Notes: a model not told the origin generated them from the sequence alone. Shown: positions 12,631 to 25,854, numbered from the stretch's first letter. The stretch: 64,000 bases of DNA from Chara braunii (GCA_003427395.1 BFEA01000006.1:4998983-5062982); one strand, 5' to 3'. Made by a program: numbers and translations.

Positions 12631-14486
12631 CCCCGAGAAAGCTGGTGGGGATGGCGGCGGATCGAGGGTCGACTACCTGGAGCAACTCCAAGATAGCTAT
12701 GACAACATACACAATGATTTTGTCTGTCAGAGAACGAGAGTGCAGCAGGGGGGAGAATGGTCTCTCAGCAGGCGCTGGAGCGAGAAGGAAGCGGAACGGC
12801 AACTTCCCCCCTCCCCGTTCAATGCACAGTCATCAATGACCATGACGACAATAAACCTGCGAACTGGCTTCGGCACTTGAAATCACAACATGGGGGTTGG
12901 TGAGATGACAACTTGCCATCTGCATGATGCTGCTCGAACGTGTCTTGGGCCAGGGGCGATTAACAAAAATAAGGGGGAAGGTCAACTGCAAATTAATTCA
13001 CTGACTCTCCTTGCTTGCGGACATTATGTGAAGGTGAGTGCAGGTTGTCCTGCTTTTGTAGTACCAACACACACAGGATGATGGAGGAGTACCCTCCTCC
13101 CTTGCCAGCCAGGACCGGACTGGCAGTTGGAAGCAGGATCAAGCGACTGAGCTGGGTTGGAAGGGGGCAGTATCATAGATTCGGGAAGCGCAGAAGGGAG
13201 AAAGTCCCATGGGATGGAGGAGGAATGGGTGGTGAATGGCAGTATGGGAGATCCCAGAAGGGCACAAGGGAATGGAAAATCCCGTGGGTTGAAAGGGGTG
13301 GCTGAGGGAGAGGAAGATAGCGACAAAGAGGCAGGAGGACGCTGGGCCGTGTGTCCCCTGCAACGTCACCTGGTGTATGAGCCTGGAGTTTCGTTAAACT
13401 TGCCTCCCATGGTTCCTCGCCCTCCCTGTCTAATACACAAATTTCCCCGTCCTTTTGACAATGGATTATGCATCGAATATTGCAAATAATGAGACTGTGA
13501 CCGTTTGGATAATGATAGCAGGCATCTGCTCGGTGCAGGGGGGTTGGTTGAGATTGAGATCGAAATTCGTGTACCCCGACCAGCAGATGTCATTCATGAT
13601 AGTAGGATAGAAGTTCATTGATAATAGGTGCCTGCACTCTGTAGGGGGGGATGATTAGGGTTGACCAGTGGGCTCCTTGACGATGTGCATAAAACAATCG
13701 TGATTTGGCGTGTGCATGGGATAGGTGGGTGAGTTTTTTGGATTGGAGGGATCTGAAGACTCCCTCTCTGTAGGTTACGTAGGAGGTTAGACGATTTGGT
13801 GGGAGGTTGTTATGGAAGGGCTAGCCGCCAGCGTGCAGTCTGATGAACAGTTAATCCCCTCATTTGAGGACAAGCAATGCTGCTCGTCAGCCACAATTCA
13901 TAATTTGCTCCGTTTTCTGGACCTGGACCTGTTTTCCAGATGGTGCAGCTCCCCACCAATAGATCGGAGCCATGTATAACACGAAAAGAAAAAGAAAAAA
14001 AGGACGGTCGATGCTTGTGATACCCACCATGCTACCAAACAAACCTGGTGTCTATCTATTTTTCAGACAAGGTACGATTCTCTAACTCTAGAAAGTTTTG
14101 CCGCATCAGGAATGATCACTGACAAGATGAATCCAATGATCATCATACATCCTGTGCCACATCTCTTTTCTTTAGTTGTTTGAGAGAAAATGCCAGTCAT
14201 TCGCAGTGTATGGGCGACAGATCTGGAGAGGAAGAATATCCAATCGGTCATTTTGCGGAGAGAAGAGAGAAGAAAGAGAAAACATCCCCAAACGTTTCCT
14301 AAGAAACCAATGAGAAGTTGAAGTGGAGAAAAGGACACCAGCTTCGGGATTTCAGGCTTCAGCATAGTGTTACGATCCTGGTCATTTCCCAAGTGCAAAT
14401 TCACAATGAAAGACAAAGCCACCCAATTGCGAGAGAAATGAAAGCACTTGCAAAAAGATAAAGACCAGAGGAGAGAGAAAGAAAAA

Positions 14487-14530
14487 GAAGAAGAAGAAGA
14501 AGAAGAAGAAGAAGAAGAAGAAGAAGAAGA
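14487..14530 (+). repeat. (GAA)n microsatellite
   Basis: about 14 GAA units. Confidence 0.95.
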
Positions 14531-14790
14531 TGTACACCAGCAAGACCAATGACAATTCCCCCTTCTCTCTCCACCTTCCTCCTCCTCCTTCACTTCACCA
14601 ATCTTATTCTTCTCTCAATAATAATAATAACAATGAATGGATGAACCAGAATCAATATCCGAAGTTCCCTCTTACTGCTGACTCAACTCAACAACAACAA
14701 CAACAACAACCAGTCTACCATAGCTATGGCTTCCCTCCTTCAGCCTCCTCTCTCATGCATAGACTATGGCGGACTAATGAGGGCCTTGCC

Positions 14791-15814
14791 CTGACGTCCA
14801 AAGGACAACCCAAAGCAGCTATGGTGCTGCGCTGATGTCCAAAGGACAACCCAAAGCAGCTATGCCGCTGCTGACTGGTCCGCCATGCCTGACTCTGNNN
14901 NNNNNNNNNNNNNNNNNNNNNNNNNNNNNNNNNNNNNNNNNNNNNNNNNNNNNNNNNNNNNNNNNNNNNNNNNNNNNNNNNNNNNNNNNNNNNNNNNNNN
15001 NNNNNNNNNNNNNNNNNNNNNNNNNNNNNNNNNNNNNNNNNNNNNNNNNNNNNNNNNNNNNNNNNNNNNNNNNNNNNNNNNNNNNNNNNNNNNNNNNNNN
15101 NNNNNNNNNNNNNNNNNNNNNNNNNNNNNNNNNNNNNNNNNNNNNNNNNNNNNNNNNNNNNNNNNNNNNNNNNNNNNNNNNNNNNNNNNNNNNNNNNNNN
15201 NNNNNNNNNNNNNNNNNNNNNNNNNNNNNNNNNNNNNNNNNNNNNNNNNNNNNNNNNNNNNNNNNNNNNNNNNNNNNNNNNNNNNNNNNNNNNNNNNNNN
15301 NNNNNNNNNNNNNNNNNNNNNNNNNNNNNNNNNNNNNNNNNNNNNNNNNNNNNNNNNNNNNNNNNNNNNNNNNNNNNNNNNNNNNNNNNNNNNNNNNNNN
15401 NNNNNNNNNNNNNNNNNNNNNNNNNNNNNNNNNNNNNNNNNNNNNNNNNNNNNNNNNNNNNNNNNNNNNNNNNNNNNNNNNNNNNNNNNNNNNNNNNNNN
15501 NNNNNNNNNNNNNNNNNNNNNNNNNNNNNNNNNNNNNNNNNNNNNNNNNNNNNNNNNNNNNNNNNNNNNNNNNNNNNNNNNNNNNNNNNNNNNNNNNNNN
15601 NNNNNNNNNNNNNNNNNNNNNNNNNNNNNNNNNNNNNNNNNNNNNNNNNNNNNNNNNNNNNNNNNNNNNNNNGCATGCAAACCAGCAGGCACGCACACAC
15701 ACACAGACATGGAAATCACAGCAGAATGCGGGAATTTCAACAAGGCATTCATTCCAGCGGCAAATCCCAGAAATCAGCAGTGTTCTCTGTCTGTGTTTTT
15801 GGCGGGTCATTACA
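14791..15814 (-). repeat. 3' LTR of element A (gap 14898-15672; distal ~240 bp missing)
   Basis: Starts TGTAATGACCCG on minus at 15814; flanks of the gap match 21915-22008 and 22798-22886. Confidence 0.85.
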
Positions 15815-15827
15815 TTACCCCCCTCTC
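15815..15827 (-). promoter_or_regulatory. polypurine tract, element A
   Basis: GAGAGGGGGGTAA on minus immediately upstream of the LTR TG. Confidence 0.85.
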
Positions 15828-15942
15828 AAGAGCGAGATCCCTTCGAGCGAGTAACTCATTCAGAGTTGGCACAAAATGCATCGTAGGAGTAAATCAGAAA
15901 GACAGACTTAGTAAGTCTGTGAGGAGTCATTTTTGCAACAAA

Positions 15943-17107
15943 TTAAGCAGTTTGTCCCTCAGCGATCTGTCGTTCATAAGCGTTCACAACACGGGGAGCA
16001 CTCTTTAGCAGCTCTTTCCGGTCGATCCAGAAGAATTCAGTCAACGGATGATAGAGGAAGTGAACCTTGTACTGTCTGTTCCTCCCTCTTCCCTCGTGAG
16101 AAACGATTCTGTCTATCTCATGGCCGCTGTCGATAGAGCGAGGTATCATAGGGTCTCGGAAGGGAAACGTCTCATCATCAATGTGTGGGAACAGTTTGGA
16201 CGCGTGAAAGACCGGATACGTGCGCAAATGAGGAGGGACGTCAATCACATATGAAGGACCAAAATAATCCCCAATCACCTTCAGAATCTGCCAAGGGCCA
16301 TAGTACAATGGAAGGAGTTTTCGTGATATGCCCTCTTCATCAGAAAACTCAGACATTTTGACCCAAACATAATCCCCTACTTTGAATTTTTCTTCTTTGC
16401 GCAACTTGTTAGCATGTTTGATCATGGCATGCTGGCGCTTGTTCATGGCTGCAATAACAACTTTGAGCAAGCGTGCGTACTTGGCATTGTAGCCAGGCAT
16501 GTCAGGAATCAGACCAGGTGACCGTTCGGGGAACAGATAGGAAAGGGGATTACGCATCGGCCATCCGTATTGCAACTGGTTTGGTGCGCTAGCTGCAGAG
16601 TGAATGGAGCTGTTCTACAGTCCCTTCACTTTGTGCAACTCCTTGTCCCACGTGTTTCTGATCTGGAACAATCAATGCGCGAAGTAGTTGGATGACAGTC
16701 TGGTTGATCTCCTCGGCCAATCCATAAGCTTCGGGGTGTCGACCAGAAGTCTTGTTCAGTTTAATGTCATAGATTGGAGAGGTGAAGTCCTTCCAATCTT
16801 TGCTAATGAATCTGGTGTCCCGATCACTCACAATAGTTTTCGGGGTGCCAAACTGCAGAATGTACTGCTGATGGAATTCTTCAATGACAAGTTCAGTCGG
16901 GGCATGGGGAGGGAAAGGAATCAAGTTCAAAAATTTGGAAAAACGGTCCACGATGACCATGACTTGTGAATTTCCAGCCTCACTCACCTTTCCCATGTCC
17001 GTGAAGTCGATGGAAATCGACTCACCGGGTCCATCAGGAATGGGGAGGGGTCTCAACAGGCCATAAGGCTTATGCCTGTGGACCTTGACATACCTGGCAT
17101 TCAGCAA
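15943..17107 (-). pseudogene. pol: integrase core plus GPY/F and chromodomain (frameshifted)
   Basis: GLLRPLPIP..SISIDF..VDRFSK..IVSDRDTRF; FKVGDYVWV..YYGPWQI..PVFHASKL; EIDRIVSH..QYKVHF. Confidence 0.95.
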
Positions 17108-17138
17108 TAAATTTCTGAGCAGATCCTTTCATTCCTGG

Positions 17139-19633
17139 CTAATCAAACTGCTGCAGAAGACTTCCATAAGTCTTCTCGAAGCCGAAATGTCCACTCCGAC
17201 CATGTGCAAAATCCAAGAAATGAGTTCGGAGAGGCGCATGGTTGGGTACACACAAACGATCAAATTTCCCATACCGGCGGAACACAAGACCCTCGCATTC
17301 ATGAAAATCAGGCTGACTATTAGGGTCAGCCTTGAGCTGCTCAAGGATGGGACTAAGGTCCGGATCCTTGGCGGTGTGTTCGACCAGATCCTCCTTCAGT
17401 TTCCTTCGGAGGTCATACGAACCCACAAGGCAAGTCAAGAATTCAGGATGGCGGGACAATGCATCAGCAACCCGGTTATAACAGCCTTTCTTGTGTTTCA
17501 ACTCAAAGCTATGGACATCAATGTCATGCAACCAAAGCTATAGACATCAATGTCATGCAACCAGCGGGTCAATGTAGGAGAGAGATCAGTTTGTGTCTAA
17601 ATCCACTGCAAGGTCTTATGATCTGAGTAGACCTTGAAGTGACGACCCAAGAGGTAGTGCTTACAATGTGCGAGTGCCTTGCGCAGGGCGTAGAGCTCAC
17701 GCATATATGTGGAAGTAGCTACCTTGTGGCTGGGCATGCGTTTGCTGTAATACTCGAGCGGATGTAGGCCATCACCATCATCTTGTTGCAGCACTGCACC
17801 AATCCCAAACTGGCTCGCGTCCGTAGTGACTACGAACGTGAGGTTGGGATCCGCAATGCTGAGCACAAAACGACTCACCAATGCCTCTTTCAAGGCTTGG
17901 AACGCAGTCTCGCACTTCTCACACCACGCATAGGCAACATTCTTACTGGTTAGTCTCGAGAGTGGGTGAGCAATGACATAAAATTTGGGCACAAACTTCC
18001 GGTAATATGAGGCCAAACCAAGAAAAGAACGCAGTTCGCTCACGTTCGCCAGTTGAGGCCACTTTCGGATGACCTCACCCTTGGTTGCCTCAGGCTCAAG
18101 GCCGTTTGCAGACAACCGGTGCCCAAGATAGATGACGCTGTCCCTTCCAAACTCAGATTTCTCTAAGTTGAGGTGCAGATGCGCCTCCTTGAGGACTTGC
18201 AAGACCTCCTCAAGGTGCTTGACGTGCTCTTCCATGGACTTGCTGAAGATCAAGATATCGTCAAGGTACACAACCACAAACCTGTTGAGTTGATGGCGAT
18301 GTACCTTGTCCATGAGGCACTGAAATGTGGCCGGTGCATTCGTAAGACCGAAAAGCATAACGATGAATTCGTACAGCCCATCGCGTGTTTTGCATGCAGT
18401 TTTGTGCTGGTCACTCGGATCAACTTCAATCTGGTGGTAGCCAGACTCGAGGTCGATCTTAGAGAAAACCTTGCACCCACCTGCAGCATCCAGCAGATCA
18501 TCTATACGAGGCAAGGGGTATGCGTTCTTGCGGGTGATACGGTTTAGGCCACGATAGTCAATGCACATCCGGAGTTCGCCTCCTTTCTTCGGCACAAACA
18601 GGACAGGTGCACCGAACTCAGACTCACTAGGCCTAATCAATCCACGGTCGATCATATCATCAATCTGCCTCCTCAACTCCTCCAACTCGCCTTGTCCCAT
18701 ACGGTAGACGCAACCCTTTGGAGGAACACTCCCTTCTATTATTTCGATTTTGTGTTTGTCCGGACGCTCGAGAACTCCATGAGGTTCTGACAGAACTCCA
18801 GGGAATCGATCTAATAAACGACGAATGTTTGTTGGGACTTTTGGTGGAGGATCATCCTCATCAGGAGAAAGAAAATCGGAACGAGAATTTACAACAATCA
18901 CAACCGGATTTGAAGTACTTGGCCCAGAAGTAGAGGGATTATTCACAGCAGAAGTGGATGGAATAGAAAAAGAGCTGGTAGAAGTAGAGTTACTTACCGA
19001 GGTAGAAAATGCAGCAAAAGTGGAAGGCACATGGAGAGGCTTTACAAGAGCTATATGTACATGCTCAGCTTCCTTGCGCCTGCGCACTGATTTGCAGAAT
19101 TCGTTTGCACTTAGAAGAGTCACAGGGGACTCGCGCGTCTCGTCCAATAAGACGGTACGCTCGTTCCCCTTGGCATCAAGCACCACGAATTGATTGTCCG
19201 CCCACGTGGTCCTTAGGCAATGAGCCTTTAACCAGCCCAAGCCAATGACCGCGTCGAACGGATACTTGTCCATGACATAAAAGTTGAGCTCATGTGTGAC
19301 AGTGCGGTCCTTGTCAAAGGTGACGCGCACACCTTTGACAGCATGTGTAGAGGTGACAACCTCTTGGTTGCCCAGCTGGGTCTGACAAGGGTTCTGCGGT
19401 TCCACTTGCTTCATTCCCAGGCCCGCCTTACGAATCCCGTTAGGAGAAAATAAATTAGTGGTTGAACCACTATCAATCAGCACGCGGATGTATCGGCGGT
19501 TAATGAGCAGTTTAAAGAAGGTTAGCTCCACACTCCCTTCAACACGGCGTTGCTGCTTGAGCTGCAGCCAATGTTCCATGTGAGCGTGGAAGTCAACTTC
19601 CTTAGACTCCTCCCAAGGCTCCGAGTATAGCAC
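17139..19633 (-). pseudogene. pol: pol: aspartic protease, reverse transcriptase, RNase H
   Basis: LIDSGST; [10 protein letters not shown]; YLDDILI; TTDASQFGIGAVL; stop at 17597 and a 29-bp duplication near 17505-17561 disrupt the frame. Confidence 0.95.
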
Positions 19634-19703
19634 ATGAACTGCAACAGCCTTGGATTCAACGTCGTTCCTGGCTCCAAGAGTAGGCTGTTGATCAGATTCA
19701 GGC

Positions 19704-21313
19704 TCATCGGAGGGGCCTGCAACTGACGTTCCAGCTTCCCTTGTTGTAGGGAGTGCTGACGACTCCTCTACGCCCTTTGCCTGTTTCCTTGAAGTCTATA
19801 ACAGTCCTGCACAGCATGCCCAAACTTTTGACAATGCAAGCATATGCGCAGTTTAGATCTTCTTTCCTATTCCTTTTGACCGATACGGAGGGCTTCCCAA
19901 GGCTTGGTAGATGCGTCCTGCGGTTTCTCAGGGATCTTCGCATTCTTGGGGAGGTGGACAACAGTTCCCTTACCTGAACCACGGTTAGGCCCCTTGTTTG
20001 GAGCAGTCTTTTTAAACGCATTAAGTTTTTCGTCTTCGTTTACGTCAGACTCAATGGCTGATGTGGAACAACCCATATCGAAGTCCGACTCTAGATCGTC
20101 ATCTAGAGACAGATCATCCGCGTAGGACTGATCTTCAGCCTCCCGATGTTCATGCAGGGCAAGCTGGTTGCTGCTTCCATACCGCTTGCATTGTGGTTTT
20201 CCACTTGCAGCGGGCGCCTTCTTCCGCCTGGCGAGGTCCTTGGCCTCTAGGTTAGACTAGATCCGTCATGACCTCTCGCCCGGAGGTATGGTCTTTGAGT
20301 GCTAACAGGGAGAGGTATTCTTTAGGGGCCACTCCCATGACTACATCCATACAAGACACGTCGGTCATACCCAGGTTTGGAGTGGTGAACAGACCAGTCA
20401 AGTTTTGTTCCAAAGCCTGCATGGAGGACCTCCATGTTTGGCCCTTGAGGGCCTCAAGCTTCAGCCTAGCCTTGAGCGCAGCATGCTTATCTTGGTACTG
20501 TGTGATGAGAAGGTCCTCAAGGGCGCGCACGGGGGTTACCTTCGACCACTCTGTCAGGTCAATTCTTTCATAAACTGCAGCAACAGCTTGGAGCTCAATG
20601 TGATTCCGTACGGCGGGCTCAGTATTAGTGCCCATGATCATGCTTCGGTCTTCTTGTGGTGTCCGCATGACCTCGAAGTATGAACGCATGGAACTAATCC
20701 AAGAGGTGATATCCGTTTTCCCGTCGTACTTGGACGGCAAGGTGGCCGCCCGCTTGTCCACTACGGGACCGTTGTATTGAACGCCAGTAAGGACTGTGGC
20801 GTTTTGGGCTGATGTCCCTGCATTTGGGACTATGACTAGTGCAGAACTGCCGGCGCTGCCACTCGAGGAGCTGGTACCGGTTCCTGCGCTCGTCACAGTT
20901 CCACCTGCTCTTGCCATGAGGACTGTGTTAGATTGAGAGACTGGGACTGCAGCAGGTCGATGGTAAGGAGGGCGGGGGGCAGACAGTTGGGACTGTTTGA
21001 GGCTGAGTATTTCCGCCTGCAACTCTTGGTTTTGTTGCTCTAGCGCTGTCACACGGGACTCAAGGTCTTCCAAGGTCCGCAGTCGAACCAAGGCTGCTAC
21101 GGCAGCAGCTAGTCCCTCCTGGAACCGGTCAGCATTGGCTTCCGGGATCCGAAGGAGGGCCACCTGATCAGCAACGTTGGCGGCTCTGGCTGCTGCCTCT
21201 GCCTCCGTTTCCCTCTGCACGGCATCATCATAAAGCTTTTGGAAGAACGGTTTCTTGTTCTCATCTGCTGTGTCCAACATGGCCTGCCATTGGGCAGATG
21301 TGATGTTCGCCAT
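19704..21313 (-). pseudogene. gag: gag (353-aa ORF 20252-21313 plus disrupted C-terminal part)
   Basis: LPSKYDGKTDITSWISSMRSYF gag motif, N-terminal coiled coil, upstream of pol. Confidence 0.85.
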
Positions 21314-21672
21314 GCCGGAGAAGAGGGGTCCACTCTCTCCTTACGTTTGGACGAACACTCCTCTTGCCCTTCCTCACACTCTCAAACAGAACACCTTCTC
21401 TCTCCCTTCTTTCTCTTCTCGCTGTCTGCGCACGCGTCTCAATACCGGACATAGATAGTTCAGATGAAAGAAACAATCAATAAATCACACGGAGTAGAAG
21501 GTAGAACTCCTGGTCGGAGCGGCGATTCATTTGGACTTAGAGAATGGCACGCAGCAGAAAAAGAATAACAAAATAAAAAATAAAAATAAAACGGAAGAGA
21601 GGACTGACTTATAGAACGGGCCCGATCATTTTAGCTCGAGATCCCCTCTTGTCTAACCTGGCAAGGGACATG

Positions 21673-22886
21673 TGTCACAATCAATCAGCCAAAACTAACT
21701 GCAACAATGGAGATTTCGAGGGGTGCAGACGGGCTCCGAGTTAAACGCGGGGCAGTATGTGATAACATGCAGTAAGACCAGTCAAGTAAGACCATTGAAG
21801 ATCCCCTTGAAAGGAATGCCCTTGCTAGTCGAATGTCCCCCAAGTTCAGCGCAACAAAGAGATGCACAGGCGGCATCAGATTTGGGCCCGAAAGGTCCTG
21901 TCCCGTTGGGCCTGGACAACCCAAAGCAGCTATGGTGCTGCGCTGATGTCCAAAGGACAACCCAAAGCAGCTATGCCGCTGCTGACTGGTCCGCCATGCC
22001 TGACTCTGNNNNNNNNNNNNNNNNNNNNNNNNNNNNNNNNNNNNNNNNNNNNNNNNNNNNNNNNNNNNNNNNNNNNNNNNNNNNNNNNNNNNNNNNNNNN
22101 NNNNNNNNNNNNNNNNNNNNNNNNNNNNNNNNNNNNNNNNNNNNNNNNNNNNNNNNNNNNNNNNNNNNNNNNNNNNNNNNNNNNNNNNNNNNNNNNNNNN
22201 NNNNNNNNNNNNNNNNNNNNNNNNNNNNNNNNNNNNNNNNNNNNNNNNNNNNNNNNNNNNNNNNNNNNNNNNNNNNNNNNNNNNNNNNNNNNNNNNNNNN
22301 NNNNNNNNNNNNNNNNNNNNNNNNNNNNNNNNNNNNNNNNNNNNNNNNNNNNNNNNNNNNNNNNNNNNNNNNNNNNNNNNNNNNNNNNNNNNNNNNNNNN
22401 NNNNNNNNNNNNNNNNNNNNNNNNNNNNNNNNNNNNNNNNNNNNNNNNNNNNNNNNNNNNNNNNNNNNNNNNNNNNNNNNNNNNNNNNNNNNNNNNNNNN
22501 NNNNNNNNNNNNNNNNNNNNNNNNNNNNNNNNNNNNNNNNNNNNNNNNNNNNNNNNNNNNNNNNNNNNNNNNNNNNNNNNNNNNNNNNNNNNNNNNNNNN
22601 NNNNNNNNNNNNNNNNNNNNNNNNNNNNNNNNNNNNNNNNNNNNNNNNNNNNNNNNNNNNNNNNNNNNNNNNNNNNNNNNNNNNNNNNNNNNNNNNNNNN
22701 NNNNNNNNNNNNNNNNNNNNNNNNNNNNNNNNNNNNNNNNNNNNNNNNNNNNNNNNNNNNNNNNNNNNNNNNNNNNNNNNNNNNNNNNNNNNNNNNNACA
22801 TGGAAATCACAGCAGAATGCGGGAATTTCAACAAGGCATTCATTCCAGCGGCAAATCCTTGAAATCAGCGGTGTTCTTAGTCTGTG
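21673..22886 (-). repeat. 5' LTR of element A (gap 22009-22797)
   Basis: Matches left LTR; ends ...TTGTGACA on minus at 21673; first ~9 bp missing. Confidence 0.75.
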
Positions 22887-23875
22887 TTTTTGGCGGCCCT
22901 CTCTCTCTGATTAACGAAAGAAAATAAAAACGGATGTTCCGATAACAGAGATGCAACGACTTGCTGATTTCTGCTGCCGAGATCTGACTGCAAGGTTGTA
23001 TAGTTGCGTCTTAGGGTCAGATTTTTAATTTTGTTTGTGTCAGGGACTATCCGCCGGTCCGGTCCTGAGGGAAATTCGTGAGGGACATATCTGCAATTTA
23101 CATGAAAATTGCAGGCCCAAGTTCCCCTTAACCGTTACTGCCCTTAGCAGGCCCGGGCTATCACTAGGACGGTAGGCCCATCTGGGCCTTGGGCTGTAGA
23201 GACGTTCTAGACGCCGTATAGCCGGGTAGGGCCCAGGTCGAGCAGGCCAAACTGATGTGGTACCGGTCCAGTAGGTATAGGTTGAGAGTAGGCTAGTCTA
23301 TTAATAGGACCGAGTCCGTAGTTGAGGGACTTTTGGCTTTTCATTTTTCGCATCGTAGTGTTGTGAGCCAAGCAAGTTTGGTGGTGGTGATGGTCTACTG
23401 GCGGCATCCTGAGACCCTCATCGTGGACGACAGCCATAGCCAGCCTGATTGGCTGGACTGTTCTGAGGCTCTTCACTGAGCGTATGTGGGTGGACCACTG
23501 TCGCCCTTCACTCCTTAGAGATTGTCAAGGCTTGTCAATGGTTTGGCATCCATAGCTGCCATCTTCTTGTCAGAGTTACTCATCGGCACTGAAGGCTTCA
23601 TCGCGATTCATGTTCTTCATCTGGATGGTTGGCACTGGCCTCTGGGAGGCGGATTCAGTGTTGCGCTACTAACTGGGTGCAGGATAGAGAGTAGTGTGTG
23701 GTGTTCTGAGAGTGGCGAGATACTGAGATGAACTCTGTAACAATAATTGGGACAATTGGTTTGAGTTGGCTCATCATCAATGTGAATCCTATTGCTATCC
23801 TCGCAGGTGTCTTCTTGTGATTGGTTGTTGGGAGTTTGTCAGAGAGTTAGAAAACACTGTGTCTCCTTCCCATCT

Positions 23876-23947
23876 TTACCTTTCCGTAGAGCAGAATCTA
23901 GATACAATATAGAACAACTTGGTGTAATCGTCGAATTTTATGGTGGT
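23876..23947 (+). pseudogene. psbB: 72-bp plastid DNA insertion (NUPT), psbB/CP47 fragment
   Basis: Translates [23 protein letters not shown] (CP47 [23 protein letters not shown]); absent from the sister LTR (CATCT|GTGCATC near 26867). Confidence 0.92.
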
Positions 23948-25293
23948 GTGCATCTGTGAATTTTGCTGCTTATTTTTATTTGTGTGCAGTTTGGACTCTG
24001 TCTCCTCTCCCCTTTGTCTTGTACATGTATGGGCGTGTGTGAGATTCTCAATGTGTGAGTGGCGAGCAACAGGGGCATCTTCTTCTTCTGACGATCTTCT
24101 GAAGGGAGTTCCATGGCGGTTCATCTTCTTCAGGGCTGAAGCAGTGGAGAAGAAGATTCAAGACGACGAATTCAAGAGCAGTGTCTGGACTGAACAAGCG
24201 CACTGACCCTACCAAAGCGCTTGTAAGAAAGTGGTGGGAACAGGGCTATTTCGCCAAAGTCAACCCTGAGGGCAAATGGGCGATTTGCCTCAGAGTGGCG
24301 AATTACCCTTGAGCACTAAGGGTAACTGAGAGGAGGCATCATCCCTTAGTAGCGCTGACCCCATCTGGGGCTAATTACAGCATCAACGACTTATTGGAGC
24401 AGTGGCAAGAAATCTTCTGTTGACAAGCAGACCGCCACTAGACTAGATTCAGTGAATCTAGTGAGTGGGATTGAAGCGCCTCAGCACCCTGAGCAAGATC
24501 AACAAGTTTGGAGGGATTCTGTACGTGGAGATCAGAGGAGGGGCTCTTGAAGAAAGTGGCGAACTGAGTGTTTCAGGCTGCCATAGCCAGATCTTCACCA
24601 TCCTCTGCAGTGTTCTCTGAAAGTGAGTGCGTTCCACACAAATTTCTGTCTAGCGAATTATTAGTGTCAGTATAGTCAAAATTGATGGTCTATCTGTCTG
24701 TTAGAGTCCAAATCTAGGTTTGTCAGACTGCATGACAGCCATAGCCATCTTCTTCCTATCTCCCTCCACTCATATCTTCCCCTCTGCTGACTCTTTCTGC
24801 CTCAAATCTGTTCTGGGACTGCCTGACAGAATTGCGTTGGATCCTATATGCTCTGAATTTGAATTCGGTACAGGAAAGGTGTTGATACTGTGAATTGGAA
24901 TTCTGCGCTGCATCTATTAGTAGCTTGGGCTATCTAGGGTCAGTCGTAATTTCAATTCTGTCTGTCAGAATTCAATTCTGTCAGTTTGTAGTGAATCGCA
25001 ATCCTGTTGTGATCATCTGTACAAAAGTGTTTGATCAGATAAACAGTATTTGAGTAGATACAGTAAATACTGTAAATCGCCATACCCTTGGGTGTGGCTG
25101 TCAGAGTCAACAGTGGCGAAATTAAAGTCTAGGGTAAGATACAGGGCTATTGACTAAATCGCTATATCCCGTTGGTCTGTGATTGTCTGCACTGACCACT
25201 TTCTTTCTTTCCCACTGAATTCTCTTGTTTTCTAGTGGGCTCTGGGATTCTAAATATCTCTGGAATTACTGAAATTGGTTGTACTAACTTCAA

Positions 25294-25854
25294 TTGAGGT
25301 GCAGGGTCAGTAAAAGGAAACGTGAGATTGATTTTACTGGACTGAGTGTCTGTCTGACCACTGACCTCCAGAGACCCTCCCCCATCCGTACTGGTGACTA
25401 TGTCTGGGTGGCCAGTTTTGAGTTGTTGAGGGAGGAGGATATCTCCCCCAAGCTGTTGCTTCGTTATTTGGGTCCATGGCAGGTCTTAGATACAATGGGT
25501 TCTGATCCATTTGGCCCGTCATACGTCATCGACGTCCCATTGCATCTGCAGACCTATCCGGTCTTTCATGCATCCAAGCTGCTCCCCTTTACCTCAACTG
25601 ATGCGTTCCCAGACTGGCCTCCTCAGTTTGGTCCACCGATCCCTGGCAAGGGATATGACGTTGAGTCCATTGAGGACGAGTGGGGCACTAGCCCCGACCG
25701 GCAGTATCTTGTGAAGTTCTGTTTCCAGCCTCATACTGAGGACAGGTGGTTCACCAGGAAAGAACTTCTCAAGACAACAAACTCTGAGGTACTTCGTTAC
25801 GAGGCGGCTCAGAAAGGGAACTTTCCCCGCCGATCTCGTCGTCTGCACCCTTAG
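25294..25854 (+). CDS. stand-alone integrase C-terminus: GPY/F domain plus chromodomain
   Basis: GDYVWV..ISPKLLLRYLGPWQV..PVFHASKL..YDVESIEDE..QYLVKF..EDRWFTRKEL; open frame, homology begins ~25372. Confidence 0.75.
   Translation: MRCRVSKRKREIDFTGLSVCLTTDLQRPSPIRTGDYVWVASFELLREEDISPKLLLRYLGPWQVLDTMGSDPFGPSYVIDVPLHLQTYPVFHASKLLPFTSTDAFPDWPPQFGPPIPGKGYDVESIEDEWGTSPDRQYLVKFCFQPHTEDRWFTRKELLKTTNSEVLRYEAAQKGNFPRRSRRLHP

Larger units (their letters stand above)
14791..22886 (-). mobile_element. Ty3/gypsy chromovirus LTR retrotransposon (element A), near complete, frameshifted
   Basis: Order gag-PR-RT-RH-IN-chromodomain on minus strand, LTR copies at both ends (each with an N gap), PPT next to the left LTR; both outer ends truncated, no TSD. 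Confidence 0.95.

Noticed and set aside
14063-14593. 176-aa Ser-rich ORF and neighbouring poly-N/Q ORF
   Set aside because: Produced by GAA/AAT/CAA microsatellites; no domain signal.
14724-15886. Long ORFs spanning N runs (also 21.7-22.9, 32.3-33.8, 36.9-37.7 kb)
   Set aside because: Artefacts of assembly gaps.
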